Below the pieces are notes generated by a model. It saw nothing but the letters and a program-made list of their open reading frames with translations. It did not search any database and was not told where the DNA came from. The translations under genes and the position numbers were made by a program. This document shows, piece by piece, positions 41,224-51,253 of a stretch of 64,000 bases of DNA (position 1 is its first letter; every line of letters begins with the position of its first letter). Source of the stretch: Escherichia phage vB_EcoM_3HA14; the sequence record MN342151.1. One strand, written 5' to 3'.

Positions 41224-41807
41224 ACGTGAGTTTTAATTATAATGGTGATGGGTCTGTATCAATCACTTCACCATATTCTGATGACCTTCTTAAAGAGTTG
41301 GTTAATCAATGTGAAAGAGGTATGCACTATGTACCTAATTCATTTAAACAGAAAACAATTGCAAATAACTTGATGCGTGTTACTGTTCAGTCCATGAACC
41401 CAGATTATAGCATTGATGGTGAAAGTCCATATTCACTCATGGCTCTAGGTGCTAATAGTGAATTTAAACTGGTATGTCATGATTCAGAAACATTCTTCAA
41501 AGTATTCTCAAATCTTATCCACAATGCTAAATACAGTTATGTGGCTGGTTCAACATCGTTCTCTCCAGCAAACTACACATGTGTTGTGATTGATAACCTC
41601 AGAGAGTCTGAAGAGGCATCCACAGAGATTTCTTTCGATGTGAACACCTCTCCAGAGTCCACTCCAAGTAATGACTTTGACATGAACTATGCGTTATCTC
41701 TGAGTAAGAAATCTGATTTCATTGAATACGTCAATGGATTTGGATTTAAGTTGGATGAGACAATGAATCTCAAAAAACTTAAAAACATGCTTAAGACTAT
41801 GGCTTAA
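41217..41807 (+). CDS. hypothetical protein (196 aa)
   Basis: ORF followed by a clear terminator. Confidence 0.45.
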   Translation: MLNVSFNYNGDGSVSITSPYSDDLLKELVNQCERGMHYVPNSFKQKTIANNLMRVTVQSMNPDYSIDGESPYSLMALGANSEFKLVCHDSETFFKVFSNLIHNAKYSYVAGSTSFSPANYTCVVIDNLRESEEASTEISFDVNTSPESTPSNDFDMNYALSLSKKSDFIEYVNGFGFKLDETMNLKKLKNMLKTMA

Positions 41808-41814
41808 GTTTTAT

Positions 41815-41836
41815 GGGGCGAAAGCCCCTTTTATTT
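41815..41836 (+). terminator. rho-independent terminator
   Basis: GGGGC-GAAA-GCCCC followed by TTTTATTT. Confidence 0.6.
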
Positions 41837-41850
41837 GTTAAGGATAGATA

Positions 41851-42219
41851 ATGAAGGCAAAGAGTGGAAAAGACTTTTATTGCTTCCTACAATCTTATGT
41901 CCAAAGTGTTCAAGAAGGTGACAGGTATAATCTTGATGATGTACTTCCGACACCCTTAACATGGCGTGATAGCAAATGGCCTGAGAAGGATATCAACCCT
42001 ACCGAAACATATTCCGAATACACACCTAAAATTCCTCTACCAGATACTGAAGAACTTCTTTACCCAATGTTTCATATCGTTGGTCTTGGTACATTTTTGA
42101 TGGATATTCAATATGTGATGGGTAAAGGCTATAAGATTGACGGAGTTGTTGTAGGTGATGTTTCACCGCAGCACAAAGGTTATTTTAGACTAAATGCAAG
42201 ATTAGAGGCTAAGAAATGA
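41851..42219 (+). CDS. hypothetical protein (122 aa), paralog of the N-domain of the next gene
   Basis: Shares order and motifs with residues 1-125 of the downstream protein (KxYxDFKEFV, LPxxYxxxWPExDI, YTP, EELLY, FMDLQY). Confidence 0.5.
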   Translation: MKAKSGKDFYCFLQSYVQSVQEGDRYNLDDVLPTPLTWRDSKWPEKDINPTETYSEYTPKIPLPDTEELLYPMFHIVGLGTFLMDIQYVMGKGYKIDGVVVGDVSPQHKGYFRLNARLEAKK

Positions 42220-43100
42220 TTAAAGCAAAGACATATCCAGATTTTAAAGAGTTCGTTAAGGATTTTGTAGCGAATGTTAAAGCTGGCAAAAGATACGACT
42301 TCAGAAAGTATCAGGAGGCTGTTCTGCCTCTGACATATAGCTCACCGTGGCCTGAGTCTGATATTCCAGAAGTTACTGACTTCAATTACACGCCAGACTA
42401 CACAGTTCCATTTAGTGAAGAACTCTTATATTCAGTTGGTGCTCAGATGAGGACTGCTGACTTCTTCATGGACTTGCAGTATGCAATCATCAATGGGAAA
42501 GATGTTGATACAGTTTATTGTGAATGGTTGGCAAGGGTTAAACCTTTCTCCATGCTTAATGCAAAGTTGAAGGATGCAATCACACCTCCAGTTATTACAC
42601 AGCAGCCAACTGACCAAACTGTTAACGAGGGTGGAACACTTACACTTTCAGTTGTTGCTACTGGTGCAACTGGTTATCAGTGGAAGAAAGGTGCATCAAA
42701 CATCTCTGGAGCAACCTCTGCAACATATACTAAGAATGGCGTAGTCCCTACTGATGCTGGCGCATACACCTGTGTAGTTTCTGGTGAAGGTGGCTCAAGT
42801 GTTAATTCCAACGCTGCCACAGTAACTGTGAATGCACTGCCTGTGATTACACAGCAACCTACTAACCAAGAGATTACAGAGGGAGATACACTCACCCTTA
42901 GCATCGTAGCCACTGGTGCAACTGGTTATCAGTGGAAGAAAGATGATGTAGATATCCCTTCAGCAACATCTGCAACATATGAAAAGACACCGACTTCTAA
43001 AGCTGATGATGAAGGTACTTACTCTTGTGTTGTAACTGGTGTAGGTGGCTCAATCACATCCCAATCTGCCAAGGTGGTTATTAACGCAGTAGGAGGTTGA
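42216..43100 (+). CDS. protein with two tandem Ig-like domains (294 aa)
   Basis: C-terminal half is two about 82-aa repeats (PVITQQPT.Q...TLTLS.VATGATGYQWKK...SATSATY...Y.CVV.G.GGS) with alternating beta-strand pattern; N-domain paralogous to the upstream gene. Confidence 0.6.
   Translation: MIKAKTYPDFKEFVKDFVANVKAGKRYDFRKYQEAVLPLTYSSPWPESDIPEVTDFNYTPDYTVPFSEELLYSVGAQMRTADFFMDLQYAIINGKDVDTVYCEWLARVKPFSMLNAKLKDAITPPVITQQPTDQTVNEGGTLTLSVVATGATGYQWKKGASNISGATSATYTKNGVVPTDAGAYTCVVSGEGGSSVNSNAATVTVNALPVITQQPTNQEITEGDTLTLSIVATGATGYQWKKDDVDIPSATSATYEKTPTSKADDEGTYSCVVTGVGGSITSQSAKVVINAVGG
42583..43080 (+). repeat. tandem direct duplication (about 2 x 246 bp) encoding the two Ig-like domains
   Basis: Nucleotide-level repeat with an identical core ACTGGTGCAACTGGTTATCAGTGGAAGAAAG in both copies. 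Confidence 0.7.
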
Positions 43101-43567
43101 TAATGCAACTCTCAAGTAAAGGCTTAGAAGCCATTAAGTTCTTTGAAGGGCTTCGCTTAGAAGCTTATAAAGACTCTGCTGGAATCCCCACAATCGGCTA
43201 TGGAACAATCCGTATCAACGGAAGACCTGTTACGATGGGTATGAAAATTACTGCCGAGCAAGCTGAACAATATCTCCTTGCAGATGTTGAGAACTATGTA
43301 GGTGCAGTAAACAAAGCAATCAAGGTTCCAACTACTCAGAATGAGTTTGATGCACTTGTTGTAGAGACTTACAACATTGGTATCGATGCTATGCAGGATT
43401 CAACTTTTATCAAGCGTCACAATGCTGGTAATAAAGCTGGGTGTGCAGAAGCTATGCAGTGGTGGAACAAGATTACAGTGAATGGTCAAAAAGTAACTTC
43501 CAAGGGTCTACAAAATAGACGTAGTTTGGAAGCCAAGATTTACCTTGACGCTGTTTATCCAAAATAG
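43097..43567 (+). CDS. endolysin, T4-lysozyme-like (glycoside hydrolase family 24)
   Basis: N-terminal catalytic region EGLRLEAYKDSAGIPTIGYGT matches the T4 lysozyme pattern (catalytic Glu, Asp, Thr spacing). Confidence 0.85.
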   Translation: MIMQLSSKGLEAIKFFEGLRLEAYKDSAGIPTIGYGTIRINGRPVTMGMKITAEQAEQYLLADVENYVGAVNKAIKVPTTQNEFDALVVETYNIGIDAMQDSTFIKRHNAGNKAGCAEAMQWWNKITVNGQKVTSKGLQNRRSLEAKIYLDAVYPK

Positions 43568-43575
43568 TAGATTAA

Positions 43576-43600
43576 GAGGCTCCTTCGGGAGCCTTTTTTA
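43576..43600 (+). terminator. rho-independent terminator after endolysin
   Basis: AGGCTCC-TTCG-GGAGCCT followed by TTTTTTATTTC. Confidence 0.6.
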
Positions 43601-43617
43601 TTTCTATGGAGAAAACT

Positions 43618-44016
43618 ATGAAGCTTTGGGCGAATGATAATGGTACTTTCAAGTACACAAGAAGTGGTATGAAGGTTCGTATTGCAGGAACCAAGTTGAT
43701 TACTATGGGTGACAAGGTGTTCACAAAGTTTGTTGTTGAGGTCATTGAACGCTCACCTATCACAATGGCTAACAAAGGCTTCTTTGCTGGTGAACTGTAC
43801 AACGTGGATGACAATGGTATGTTCTCACCTTTAGGTGAAAGTTCTCTTGATATTATTTCAGAACACCCCTTGACAAGAGAGCAGTTATCAGGTTACTATA
43901 AATTTCTACTTGAGCAGAAGAAGAAGTTACACCAGAGTGAGGCTACATACCATAACAATGAGTGTATCAAACTTCTGGATAAAATTGAGAAAGCTGAGAG
44001 AGGTTATTATGGATAA
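43618..44016 (+). CDS. hypothetical protein (132 aa)
   Basis: ATG 43618 chosen because GGAG RBS lies 6 nt upstream. Confidence 0.45.
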   Translation: MKLWANDNGTFKYTRSGMKVRIAGTKLITMGDKVFTKFVVEVIERSPITMANKGFFAGELYNVDDNGMFSPLGESSLDIISEHPLTREQLSGYYKFLLEQKKKLHQSEATYHNNECIKLLDKIEKAERGYYG

Positions 44017-44389
44017 GATTGATGTATTGGTTGACACATCCGGTCACGATTTAGATGAGTCTGGTGATTTTGCAAAAGCAATTATTTTCCAAGACAATGG
44101 AAGACTGAAATTGCAGTTTGAGTCAGGTAGCATACTATCATACCGTGGTGATGATGCAGATGGTTGTCCAATTTTTGGATGGTTTGACCTGAATTTTCAC
44201 AAATATGCTTACCACTACCCAGATGGTCAGGAAGATTGGACTACACAGGCTATCTTTGATGAACTGAATGGTGTACCTTTGGAAGATGAGGTTACAGAAC
44301 CAACTCTTCTAACTTTCACCTTCATCAAAGAAGAAAAAGTCGGTGATATCTCCGTAACAGAAGCATTGCAAGTTACACAGGTAGTTTGA
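44009..44389 (+). CDS. hypothetical protein (126 aa)
   Basis: Internal ATG with GAGAGG RBS overlapping the previous stop; the longer ORF-track start would overlap the upstream gene by about 100 nt. Confidence 0.4.
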   Translation: MDKIDVLVDTSGHDLDESGDFAKAIIFQDNGRLKLQFESGSILSYRGDDADGCPIFGWFDLNFHKYAYHYPDGQEDWTTQAIFDELNGVPLEDEVTEPTLLTFTFIKEEKVGDISVTEALQVTQVV

Positions 44390-44390
44390 T

Positions 44391-44684
44391 ATGAGTAAAG
44401 TACAGGTTATCTTTCCAATTAATGACTTCAGCTATGAAGCTGAGTTTGACCTGTACGAAGAACTCACTGATGATGTTATCTGGAGTGTGGTATCAAAGGC
44501 CATTAAGAAACTTTATGGTGGCCTTTTAAACCCTAATAACCCAAAAGTGTCAACAAAGCAAGTTTCCGAGCCATACACTAGCTATGATGCTGAAAAGAGT
44601 AAGTTCGAGATTACTTGCTATGACCTTCTGGTATCTGATAACAAAATCAACTACTTCTTCGTCAGAGAATACGCAGATGCTTAA
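44391..44684 (+). CDS. hypothetical protein (97 aa)
   Basis: ORF. Confidence 0.4.
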   Translation: MSKVQVIFPINDFSYEAEFDLYEELTDDVIWSVVSKAIKKLYGGLLNPNNPKVSTKQVSEPYTSYDAEKSKFEITCYDLLVSDNKINYFFVREYADA

Positions 44685-45021
44685 GCTCCACATCGTTGTT
44701 TATAAGAATTTTGCAGATATACAAGAAGCCCTGTCAACAAGGCTGGACAAATGTCAGCAAAGACTATTTCTGATGTTTGATATGCTTGACTATAAACAAC
44801 CTGATAAGCTTGTGTATAAAGATGGTACAGTAATCTTTAAAAGTGAAGAGTCAGTGACCATCTTTGTTAAGCATGATATGCCAGCTAAAAATATAGGGAT
44901 GCTTGAGTTCTACATCTACCAATCCACAGGTATGCGTGGTGAGAGCATCAAAATAGATTCTATTGAGGTCTTTGAAAAACCGAAGACACCACTTAAAAAG
45001 TATTTAGTGAGGAAGTTATAG
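44677..45021 (+). CDS. hypothetical protein (114 aa)
   Basis: Start moved to internal ATG that overlaps the previous stop. Confidence 0.4.
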   Translation: MLKLHIVVYKNFADIQEALSTRLDKCQQRLFLMFDMLDYKQPDKLVYKDGTVIFKSEESVTIFVKHDMPAKNIGMLEFYIYQSTGMRGESIKIDSIEVFEKPKTPLKKYLVRKL

Positions 45022-45022
45022 T

Positions 45023-45616
45023 ATGAGTGTACACATTAAAGAAAATGGTGGAGTTGATTCTCCACAAGTTGCATTAGTCCAACACTACGGCAATGTTCAG
45101 GGTGTGCTTGCTGCGTTCCAGCCAAACATTAACTCACCAGCAAAAGTTGTCAAATTGACTATGGATGTGAACAACATCTCTGCATGTATCATTGAAGATG
45201 TGCAGTACTTTAAGTTCTCATCTAAAGAAGTTGATGAAGCACTCCTGAAGTACCGTTTAGACCTTGAAAAAGACATTAACCACCAAGAGGTTGTGAAACT
45301 GTTTGGTGACCTACATGATATGCTTGATAAAGTCCACAAGCGTACATATTACATGAATGGTGGTTCAGTTATCACCACGTACACCTCCCCATTCACTAAA
45401 GAGGTCATCTTAACCGATGATGAGCAGTTCTTTGTTATGACTGCCTCAAGCTCAGATTGGTGGATGAAGAACACAGGTATGAAGACGATTATTGAAGCTA
45501 TTCGTCAACATATCCCAAACTTCAGCCCTTGGAAGGGTGCTTCTGATGACTTCATAGCTATCCTTGAAGATGTTCGAAGCAGAAAAAGTAAGTTACTGCC
45601 TAGAAAATATACTTGA
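45023..45616 (+). CDS. hypothetical protein (197 aa)
   Basis: ORF. Confidence 0.45.
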   Translation: MSVHIKENGGVDSPQVALVQHYGNVQGVLAAFQPNINSPAKVVKLTMDVNNISACIIEDVQYFKFSSKEVDEALLKYRLDLEKDINHQEVVKLFGDLHDMLDKVHKRTYYMNGGSVITTYTSPFTKEVILTDDEQFFVMTASSSDWWMKNTGMKTIIEAIRQHIPNFSPWKGASDDFIAILEDVRSRKSKLLPRKYT

Positions 45617-45686
45617 CAGTGATATCTAGAATTTTGTATGATGGGAGCTATCGAAAGGTGGTTCCCTTTTTTATTGGAGAGATAAA

Positions 45687-46427
45687 ATGGTTAAAGTTAA
45701 AGAGACAGACACAATTTACATCTATGTAAAAGCTTCACCAGCCCAAAGAACTAAGGCATTTGTTACGTATGTGTCTGATAGCGGGGTTGTGTACTTCCGA
45801 CCTATGAAGACATTACATTTCAAGATTTATCCAGCAACATCACTTGGTCCAGAAGCACACTTATGGGCTGGTAAAGTCTATTCGACCACTGATATTGAAA
45901 ACTTAACCTTCACAGGAAGCTTCAGAAAGATTCTGGGTATTTCTTTACAAGATACTGTGGTAGGGGATGAAGAAGAGTCTGAAAAGGCAACTTTTGAGGC
46001 AACTCCGACTATGAAGAAAGAGGCAACTCCAAAGGTTAGAACGGCTGATGTTACTATAGAGGCTCCTACACACAGACTTGATGATTTACCTGAGCAAGAA
46101 TCTCGATACCAAACTAAAGAAGACGGTCATCAAACTCTAGTTGTAGATAACGTCAGAGATTACTTCAAGTATTTCTGTGATGCGAATCCACATAGTCATG
46201 CTTGGACTACACCACAAAAGAAATTTGACTCTGTGTTGACCAGCACTTGTGAAGATGCTAAAAAGAATGTGGAAGAGTTAAAAGAAGCAATCAGTGTCAC
46301 AGACCATGTGGTTAATAAGAATGGCATTGAGTACACAGTCAGGATGATGTTAAAAGCTGGTTTCACACCTTATCAGATTGCTGAAGAGATTCAAAGGCAA
46401 TTCTACAACGCAATGGTGAAAGAATGA
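45687..46427 (+). CDS. hypothetical protein (246 aa)
   Basis: ORF with GGAGAGA RBS. Confidence 0.45.
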   Translation: MVKVKETDTIYIYVKASPAQRTKAFVTYVSDSGVVYFRPMKTLHFKIYPATSLGPEAHLWAGKVYSTTDIENLTFTGSFRKILGISLQDTVVGDEEESEKATFEATPTMKKEATPKVRTADVTIEAPTHRLDDLPEQESRYQTKEDGHQTLVVDNVRDYFKYFCDANPHSHAWTTPQKKFDSVLTSTCEDAKKNVEELKEAISVTDHVVNKNGIEYTVRMMLKAGFTPYQIAEEIQRQFYNAMVKE

Positions 46428-46642
46428 AAAAGTTTACAACTCTAGGTGAATACTGGAAGCTCTCTGTTTCTGAGCAGTACAGACGAGCTAAGAAGACTAA
46501 ACAGTGTTATGGCAAATTTGCCAGAGGTGATATCTTAGTATGTACTGAAGAATCACTTAAGAATGTTACTCCAAGGGGTAAGACATTCCAGAGAATGATT
46601 GACAGAGAGTGGAATGCACGATTAAAGAGGATTGAACAATGA
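46424..46642 (+). CDS. hypothetical protein (72 aa)
   Basis: Coupled start/stop overlaps. Confidence 0.4.
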   Translation: MKKFTTLGEYWKLSVSEQYRRAKKTKQCYGKFARGDILVCTEESLKNVTPRGKTFQRMIDREWNARLKRIEQ

Positions 46643-47145
46643 TTTACGAAGATTCAAGAGACCAGATTTCTTATGAGCAATCTAAGCACCATGTATCTTT
46701 CAAGATTGTGAAAGCAAACGGTGAAGAAGGTACTATTTCACACTTCGGAGGTGAAAATTGGTTTGGTACAGGATGCTTTGAAGGTTACAGCAGAGAGTAC
46801 TTGAAAGCTTTCTACAGAGACTTCTCAGCAGACTACAACGAACTTATCAATCTTGAAAATAAGCGTAGAAATGCTGAACATAATACCAGAGGGTGGGCAG
46901 GAATAGCAATCATGTTATCTGTATTCCTTGCTATGATTTGTGTAATCTCCTTCGGTGGCATGTACATGCAGGATTTAACGTTTAACCAAGCTGAGAAGAA
47001 AATTTCTGAGATTTGGTTCTTGTATGTGATTCCAATAGTTGGTATCATCCTCTCATGTTTGAGAATGACAACTTACAAGAAGAAGATTGTAGAGTTTGAG
47101 AGTAAGTTTGAAGAGGTAAGTAAAGAATGCAACCTAAAATTTTAG
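46639..47145 (+). CDS. membrane protein (168 aa)
   Basis: Two hydrophobic segments in C-terminal half (WAGIAIMLSVFLAMICVISFGG; IWFLYVIPIVGIILSCL). Confidence 0.45.
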   Translation: MIYEDSRDQISYEQSKHHVSFKIVKANGEEGTISHFGGENWFGTGCFEGYSREYLKAFYRDFSADYNELINLENKRRNAEHNTRGWAGIAIMLSVFLAMICVISFGGMYMQDLTFNQAEKKISEIWFLYVIPIVGIILSCLRMTTYKKKIVEFESKFEEVSKECNLKF

Positions 47146-47215
47146 TAGTTTGTATCCGCTATGCTATTGCGGAAATGATTAACCAGAAAATCTTAAAAGA
47201 TATCTCGGAGGGTAA

Positions 47216-47425
47216 ATGATTAGAACACCTGTCAAGCCTTTTGGCTTTAACACTCTGGAAGAGTTCAAAGAGTACCTTGAGAAAGGTTTCTACAACGAAC
47301 AACCAGTAACAGTGATTAAATCTGACTTAGCACAGCTTGTTGACATTGCTATTGCAGCAACTGAGACTAAGAAGAAAGATAAAAAGACTTCTTCAAAGAA
47401 AGATAAAGAATCTGCTGAAGAGTAA
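47216..47425 (+). CDS. hypothetical Lys-rich protein (69 aa)
   Basis: ORF with GGAGGG RBS. Confidence 0.35.
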   Translation: MIRTPVKPFGFNTLEEFKEYLEKGFYNEQPVTVIKSDLAQLVDIAIAATETKKKDKKTSSKKDKESAEE

Positions 47426-47467
47426 TCTGTCAAGGGGTGTAAAAGCCCCTGTTTAGAGGTAGCGAAA

Positions 47468-47911
47468 ATGGAACTTAAGAAGTATGAAGTAGTAGAGCTT
47501 GTAAACTATGCAACGAGAGAGCATGTAGCATTTGGTACAGTCAGAAACATTGAACAAGGCCGTTATCCATTCTCAGTAGAACTCACTAATGATTTCATCA
47601 TTGGTGAAGGTGATAAAGGAATGACATTTAAGTGCGGGGAGATTATCACGTTTGATAAAAACTTCTTGTACAGAGGTATAGCACATGCTGACCACAAAGT
47701 TTTTGATATCCAGATTGCAATGTTTGATGAGAAAGATGTAAGTGGGGTTTGCACATACAGTATCCTTCAAGAAGATATTGCAAAAGAAATCTTAGAAATG
47801 TCTGTTAAGATTGATAATGCACTAGAACCATTGCTTCCATACTTAAAATCTGGTAAGTTATCTAGACAAGCACTTTTGAATATCATTGATATAAAAATTT
47901 CTAAAGGTTGA
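47468..47911 (+). CDS. hypothetical protein (147 aa)
   Basis: ORF. Confidence 0.45.
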   Translation: MELKKYEVVELVNYATREHVAFGTVRNIEQGRYPFSVELTNDFIIGEGDKGMTFKCGEIITFDKNFLYRGIAHADHKVFDIQIAMFDEKDVSGVCTYSILQEDIAKEILEMSVKIDNALEPLLPYLKSGKLSRQALLNIIDIKISKG

Positions 47912-48210
47912 CTATGACTCCACAATCCAGAGGTGTTAAAGGTATCCACCCTCCAAAGGGTGGTTGGAAAGATAACACTTTCTACATCGTTGAAGTTGCT
48001 TACAAGCCACTTAACATGATTCATAAAGCGATGTTCTACACAGGGTTCTGTGATGATAACGGTGTACCTGCTGGTTACAACTGGCTTATGAATGGTGGTT
48101 ATGAAGAACTTTGCAGTATTCAAGAAGCTTATTACTTGAAAGCTATTGCAGAGTTACCTGATGAGTTTCAAATTGAGAGAGATGAGGATTGGAAAGATGA
48201 AGAATGTTAA
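47908..48210 (+). CDS. hypothetical protein (100 aa)
   Basis: ORF. Confidence 0.4.
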   Translation: MTMTPQSRGVKGIHPPKGGWKDNTFYIVEVAYKPLNMIHKAMFYTGFCDDNGVPAGYNWLMNGGYEELCSIQEAYYLKAIAELPDEFQIERDEDWKDEEC

Positions 48211-48661
48211 AGAGACAGTACGCAAAGCTTTGCTTAACAACGGGACTAAAGATGATATGTACAAAGATATCGTTGCAGAATTTGGTTGTTCAAGACATGC
48301 TGCAAAGGTTCTTCTTCATAGCTTTATCTGGGAGTGCTCAGAAGCTTACATGGTTCATGCAGCTTTTTCAGAATCTCACTTACAAGCCGATAAAGACTTG
48401 TTAGCACCATATGACTTACGTGAACAAGAGCATGAAAGTGACATTAAAACAAACACTGTGTACATGATTAGAGACACTCATACAGATTTGGTAGTAGCAA
48501 CTATCAAGATTGAGAGGGAAGTTCCTGATTGTGGTTTTGAAGGTGATATTAATAGTGCAGATTTAGACACGGTATTCAGTCGTGGTGGAAGATGGTTGGT
48601 AGGTTATGATGGTTATATCACAGTTGATTATCAACGTTCAAAGTATCAGATTAAAGTGTGA
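48197..48661 (+). CDS. hypothetical protein (154 aa)
   Basis: Start moved to internal ATG (MKNVKET...) overlapping the previous stop. Confidence 0.4.
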   Translation: MKNVKETVRKALLNNGTKDDMYKDIVAEFGCSRHAAKVLLHSFIWECSEAYMVHAAFSESHLQADKDLLAPYDLREQEHESDIKTNTVYMIRDTHTDLVVATIKIEREVPDCGFEGDINSADLDTVFSRGGRWLVGYDGYITVDYQRSKYQIKV

Positions 48662-49329
48662 TTATGGGACACCTACTGAAGAAGAGTTGGAAGAACTTAA
48701 CAGATATGGTTCCCCATCTGAAGAGGAAGAGAAAGAACTCCGAAGAATGGGAAGCAATTACTAAGAAATGCTTTAAGGATTTGATAGAGATGAAAAAGTT
48801 TAAACTTGACAGGAAGTATCTGGTACTGAGTGTGAATGATATTAACACTTATCTGTCAGAGGGTGAGCAAGAGTATCTTAATAACATTGTTGAAATACTC
48901 TACAATGCACGTATAGAGGATTGTAAAGACCAACTTGAAGGTATCTTTATCAAGAAGTCTTATCCGTTCTATGAAGATACTTTGAAGAAACTTGAGATGT
49001 ATGTTAAGCAGCAGAACCGTAAAGAGTTCTCTATGATTTCTCTTGGTGGACAACAAATGCTGGTTATGGAAGATATAAACCCTAAAAGAACCAACAAAGG
49101 TGTTTGTATCAAGGTCACAGGTAAAGAAGAATTTGTTGAATATGACATACTCAGACACATTATAGATGGTTTGGGTGCTGTACTGAACATGAATGAATAC
49201 CATATTAGTTCACACCCGATTAAGGGTGACCAGATAATGATTCAGGTAAGAGAACGTCATAATGGGTTCACACACTTCTTCCAGACTTCTAAAACTTCAT
49301 TGCAAACTATGCTTAGTGAAGTGATGTAA
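48658..49329 (+). CDS. hypothetical protein (223 aa)
   Basis: Last gene of + block; followed by terminator. Confidence 0.45.
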   Translation: MIMGHLLKKSWKNLTDMVPHLKRKRKNSEEWEAITKKCFKDLIEMKKFKLDRKYLVLSVNDINTYLSEGEQEYLNNIVEILYNARIEDCKDQLEGIFIKKSYPFYEDTLKKLEMYVKQQNRKEFSMISLGGQQMLVMEDINPKRTNKGVCIKVTGKEEFVEYDILRHIIDGLGAVLNMNEYHISSHPIKGDQIMIQVRERHNGFTHFFQTSKTSLQTMLSEVM

Positions 49330-49337
49330 AACTATAC

Positions 49338-49361
49338 AGCCCCTTAATTGGGGCTTTTATT
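49338..49361 (+). terminator. rho-independent terminator closing the + strand block
   Basis: AGCCCC-TTAATT-GGGGCT followed by TTTATTT. Confidence 0.6.
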
Positions 49362-49364
49362 TAG

Positions 49365-50870
49365 TAAAATTTACGAAATTTATAATTTTTATAAAATTTG
49401 GGATTCACTCCGTTCATCTTGGGTCACCATGATATGTGATAAAATATCTATACCCCTTCTAAACACCCTTTCTAAGCATCATCTCTATATAGTATTATAT
49501 AGTATCTATATAGCCTCTTAGTCCCTAAATAGTGCTCTCTATATAGCCCTCTATAAAGCCTTCTAAGCCTCCCATTAATCAACCCTATACAATCACCTTC
49601 CTAACCTCTTCATAGCCCCTTAGAAGCCCCTATACTCATCTTAATCTCTAGGTAAACGATAGTACCCTATATAGCAGAATCACTAGGTATTACTAAGCCT
49701 CTATATAGACTGTTATATAGCACTAAACAGGTATTCCCTGTAAATGCTTATCCTACAAGGTCTAACACGGTACTAACAAGGTCTCTTATAAGCCTGTTAA
49801 TTCCTGTTTTATATAAGATAGTGTATAGATAGTTATTCAGAATTATAAAATTTTTATAAAATAGACTAGGTAGGTTACTTTTTAGGTTCTTTGGAGAATC
49901 TGAAAAATATCTACAGAGTGTGTATATCTGCTTGGTAGCCCTTAACAGCCCTGTAACATCCCCTTTGCAAAATCTTAAAATATCATTAACAATCTCTTAA
50001 CAACTCTCCCAAGCTCTTAACATCTCTTCAAAGTTCTTAACAGTCTCTTAACAGAACTAACAAGAGCTTAACCATTCTGTAACATTACTAACAAGAGTCT
50101 AACAAGTTGCTTATAAGTTGCTAAATAGTTAAATCTTAAGAGTTATTTTGTTAAGATAATTAACAAGATGCTAACAAGTTCTAAACCTTTTTAACAGTCT
50201 CTTAACATGGTCACTATCTCTTGGTCTATAGTTCCCTTCCTCTTCTTAGTGATTCTCTATAAAGCCCTCTTAAAAGCTCTCTGTAGCTCTGTATAGCCTC
50301 TTCTAAGCTTCTCCCTAGTAACTACACCCCAACTACCTGTATAGCTCTTTATAGGGCTTTCTAGGGGCTTATACAGGGACTTCAAAGAGTCTAACAAGCT
50401 TTTAACATACCACTAACAAGGATTTAACAAGGGGCTAACAAGTCTCTAATAAGCATAACTATGTAGCATTTGTTAAGATTTTGTTAAGAGAATGTAAAGG
50501 GGGCTAACTTTTACGTTACTTTTAAGGTTCTTTTACGTTACTTTGAAGACTCCATAACATACTTTAAAGCTATTATCAAGCCCCTTTGTAACCATTCACA
50601 AGATACTAACGAGATAATAAAGCTTATACCCTTATAAGATTCTTTTAAGGCTCTAGAAAGCTCTATAAAGGGCTTTTAAGAGTAGGTTAATATGATTGCT
50701 TAAGATGAGATGATAAGCCCGTATAGAGCGTTATAGAGCGTTTTAGGGATTGCCCTTCCCTTTCGGGTTATGGGCTTATATTTAAGGGAATTTATAGTTG
50801 ATTTGATAAGAGGATATAGAGTAAGCTATAGAGTTATTGTTCTAAATGTCTGGTAAGATTCTAGGAAGAC
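49365..50870. other. about 1.5 kb ORF-free, repeat-dense non-coding region
   Basis: No ORF of 60 aa or more on either strand. Dense in short reiterated words: CTATATAG palindromes, TAACAAG, CTCTTAACA (about 7 copies in 49980-50060), CTATAAAGCCCTCT; AATTATAAAATTTTTATAAAAT near-palindrome at about 49376 and 49840. Flanked by convergent terminators. Confidence 0.6.
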
Positions 50871-50872
50871 GT

Positions 50873-50897
50873 AAAAAAGCCCCATCTAAGGGGCTGT
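50873..50897 (-). terminator. rho-independent terminator closing the - strand small-gene block
   Basis: On - strand: AGCCCC-TTAGATG-GGGCT followed by TTTTTT. Confidence 0.6.
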
Positions 50898-50936
50898 AAA
50901 GGTGTCTGGGGCTATTTGCCCCGTTGCGGCGACTTG

Positions 50937-51188
50937 TTAGTTATTGAAGCCGTCAACTTCATAGTAAAGCGTGATAAGAGAATCACCCCAATAGTAAGAG
51001 GATTTGCCATCCTTTAAGACTTCTTGTTTTACTTCTTTCCAGAACCACTCAGATTGATTGTAGTCCTGAATAGTTGCTTTTAGACACATATCAACCATGC
51101 CAAAAACATCGCCAGTTCCAACCATATCAAATTTAACATCTAATACATGGAAGCCAAAATTGTTAACAGTTGCGTGGATAGTAGCCAT
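50937..51188 (-). CDS. hypothetical small protein (83 aa)
   Basis: ORF immediately after a conserved leader cassette. Confidence 0.5.
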   Translation of the reverse strand: MATIHATVNNFGFHVLDVKFDMVGTGDVFGMVDMCLKATIQDYNQSEWFWKEVKQEVLKDGKSSYYWGDSLITLYYEVDGFNN

Positions 51189-51253
51189 TTTCAGATTCTC
51201 CAGTTTAGGAATTTAGGTTAGTGGGGAAGTCTCCCTCCCCGTTGAAAGTAATA

